Below, one piece after another: positions 62,836 through 64,000 of a DNA stretch of 64,000 nucleotides. The position numbers were made by a program, and so were the translations under genes. Source of the DNA: the human T2T-CHM13v2.0 reference genome, Homo sapiens. The notes under the pieces are model-generated. The model saw only the letters and a program-made list of their open reading frames with translations, had not been told where the DNA came from and searched no databases. Within the stretch, counting starts at the first letter, position 1. Each line of letters opens with the position of its first letter. The stretch is from the NCBI RefSeq assembly GCF_009914755.1, contig NC_060935.1, one strand, 5' to 3'.

Positions 62836-64000
62836 GTATGCTTTTTTCTCTTACCCCTCGAAGTGGGTTTATGGACTCATTGTGGGTAAATGTATGTTGG
62901 CATGCACCCTACAGACTGCACGGTATGTTTTCAAAGTATAATACACATAGATTGGATCCCCCATTTTGTGGCATCAGCCACAAAGAATTACAACTGGGAA
63001 GTGTACTTTTTCTTCTAGTAAATAATTTTTACAAGAATTTATATCCAGCAGTTCTAAAATTCATAAACTATTATAGTTTTGTTTGTTTTAAATAAGTTTT
63101 TAACTAAGTGTTTTGCATCTGTAAATTCGACTTTTATTTCTCCTAATGATTTCCTAAATCATACTTATTCTGATGGGAAACTCAAAAAGGTGTATCACTT
63201 TAAGGCATTAATGACTCTACTGAGTCCTTCCAGTTTCCTTACCTTTGTGAATCTAGGAAATTCTAACTTTTTGATAATCAAACTCTAATGCTAATTAAAA
63301 ATATTTTAAAAACTATGCAAGATTATGAATAGTACAAATCTAGGTTGTAAATACTATTGTTCACAACACAAACTGGTGACTGTAAGTTCTTTCATATACA
63401 TCCATTTTTCTATCATGAAAACTATTTTATAAAGGAGAAAACAGGCATATGGAAGTTAAGATACTTGTTCAGTGTCACACTAGCCAACTTAGACTGGAAC
63501 TCAGATCTTTGGGGTCTGAATGCAGAATTTTTTCTGCTTGTATAGAGTTGTGGATGTGTGTGAGTTCTTAAGTTAAAATTGGACTGATAACATCTTTATC
63601 TTCTACATACAAAGATATAGTTGGGTTTTTTTCATCCTGTTCATTGTAGATGGCTTTTAAGAACATTTGGGCAGTTCAAATTTGTTGCTCTCATTAAAAT
63701 TTGTGTAATTTGTTATGATTTCTTTATTGATGGCATTTTATCATGGTTGGAATAAATGACGAGGGCTTGTTTTTTCTTGAGTTTGACCTAGAAAAAAAAT
63801 TAATTACTTAAAACCTAGTAAAAAATACATATTCTTTGTGTTGTGTTTATACTTAGAACATTTTAGAACTTGGAAAAGCACCCATAACTGCACTGACCTC
63901 TTAAAAATTAGGTTTTAAAATTCACTATTATTTTTGGAATGTTTTATTCATTCAGTACTAGTTGCCCTTACATGTCTAGTGTGGACTAGGGGAAATTCAT

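Overview
Human genomic DNA that I recognise as the CFAP300-YAP1 interval of 11q22. The + strand carries the last five coding exons of CFAP300 (C11orf70, a dynein-arm assembly factor) at 8973-33269, with all splice phases [10 protein letters not shown]. About 25 kb of Alu-dense intergenic DNA follows, then the CpG-island promoter, first coding exon (60940-61260) and start of intron 1 of YAP1. Almost all ORFs in the supplied track are Alu, L1 or GC-rich artefacts. I found no evidence of a new protein-coding system. The most unusual region is 7059-8518, in the CFAP300 intron before the first exon seen here. It holds a cluster of small-RNA retrocopies (tandem or nested 5S, tailless U2, two U13 copies) inside an inverted duplication with a perfect 43-bp stem. 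Other notable items: a second inverted duplication at a MaLR LTR, an Alu that separated a perfect TACTAAC branch point from the last CFAP300 acceptor, a twin-primed (5'-inverted) AluY, a YAP1 uORF within G-runs, and an exon-like segment in YAP1 intron 1. Repeat subfamily names are from recognition, not from a database search, and repeat boundaries are approximate.
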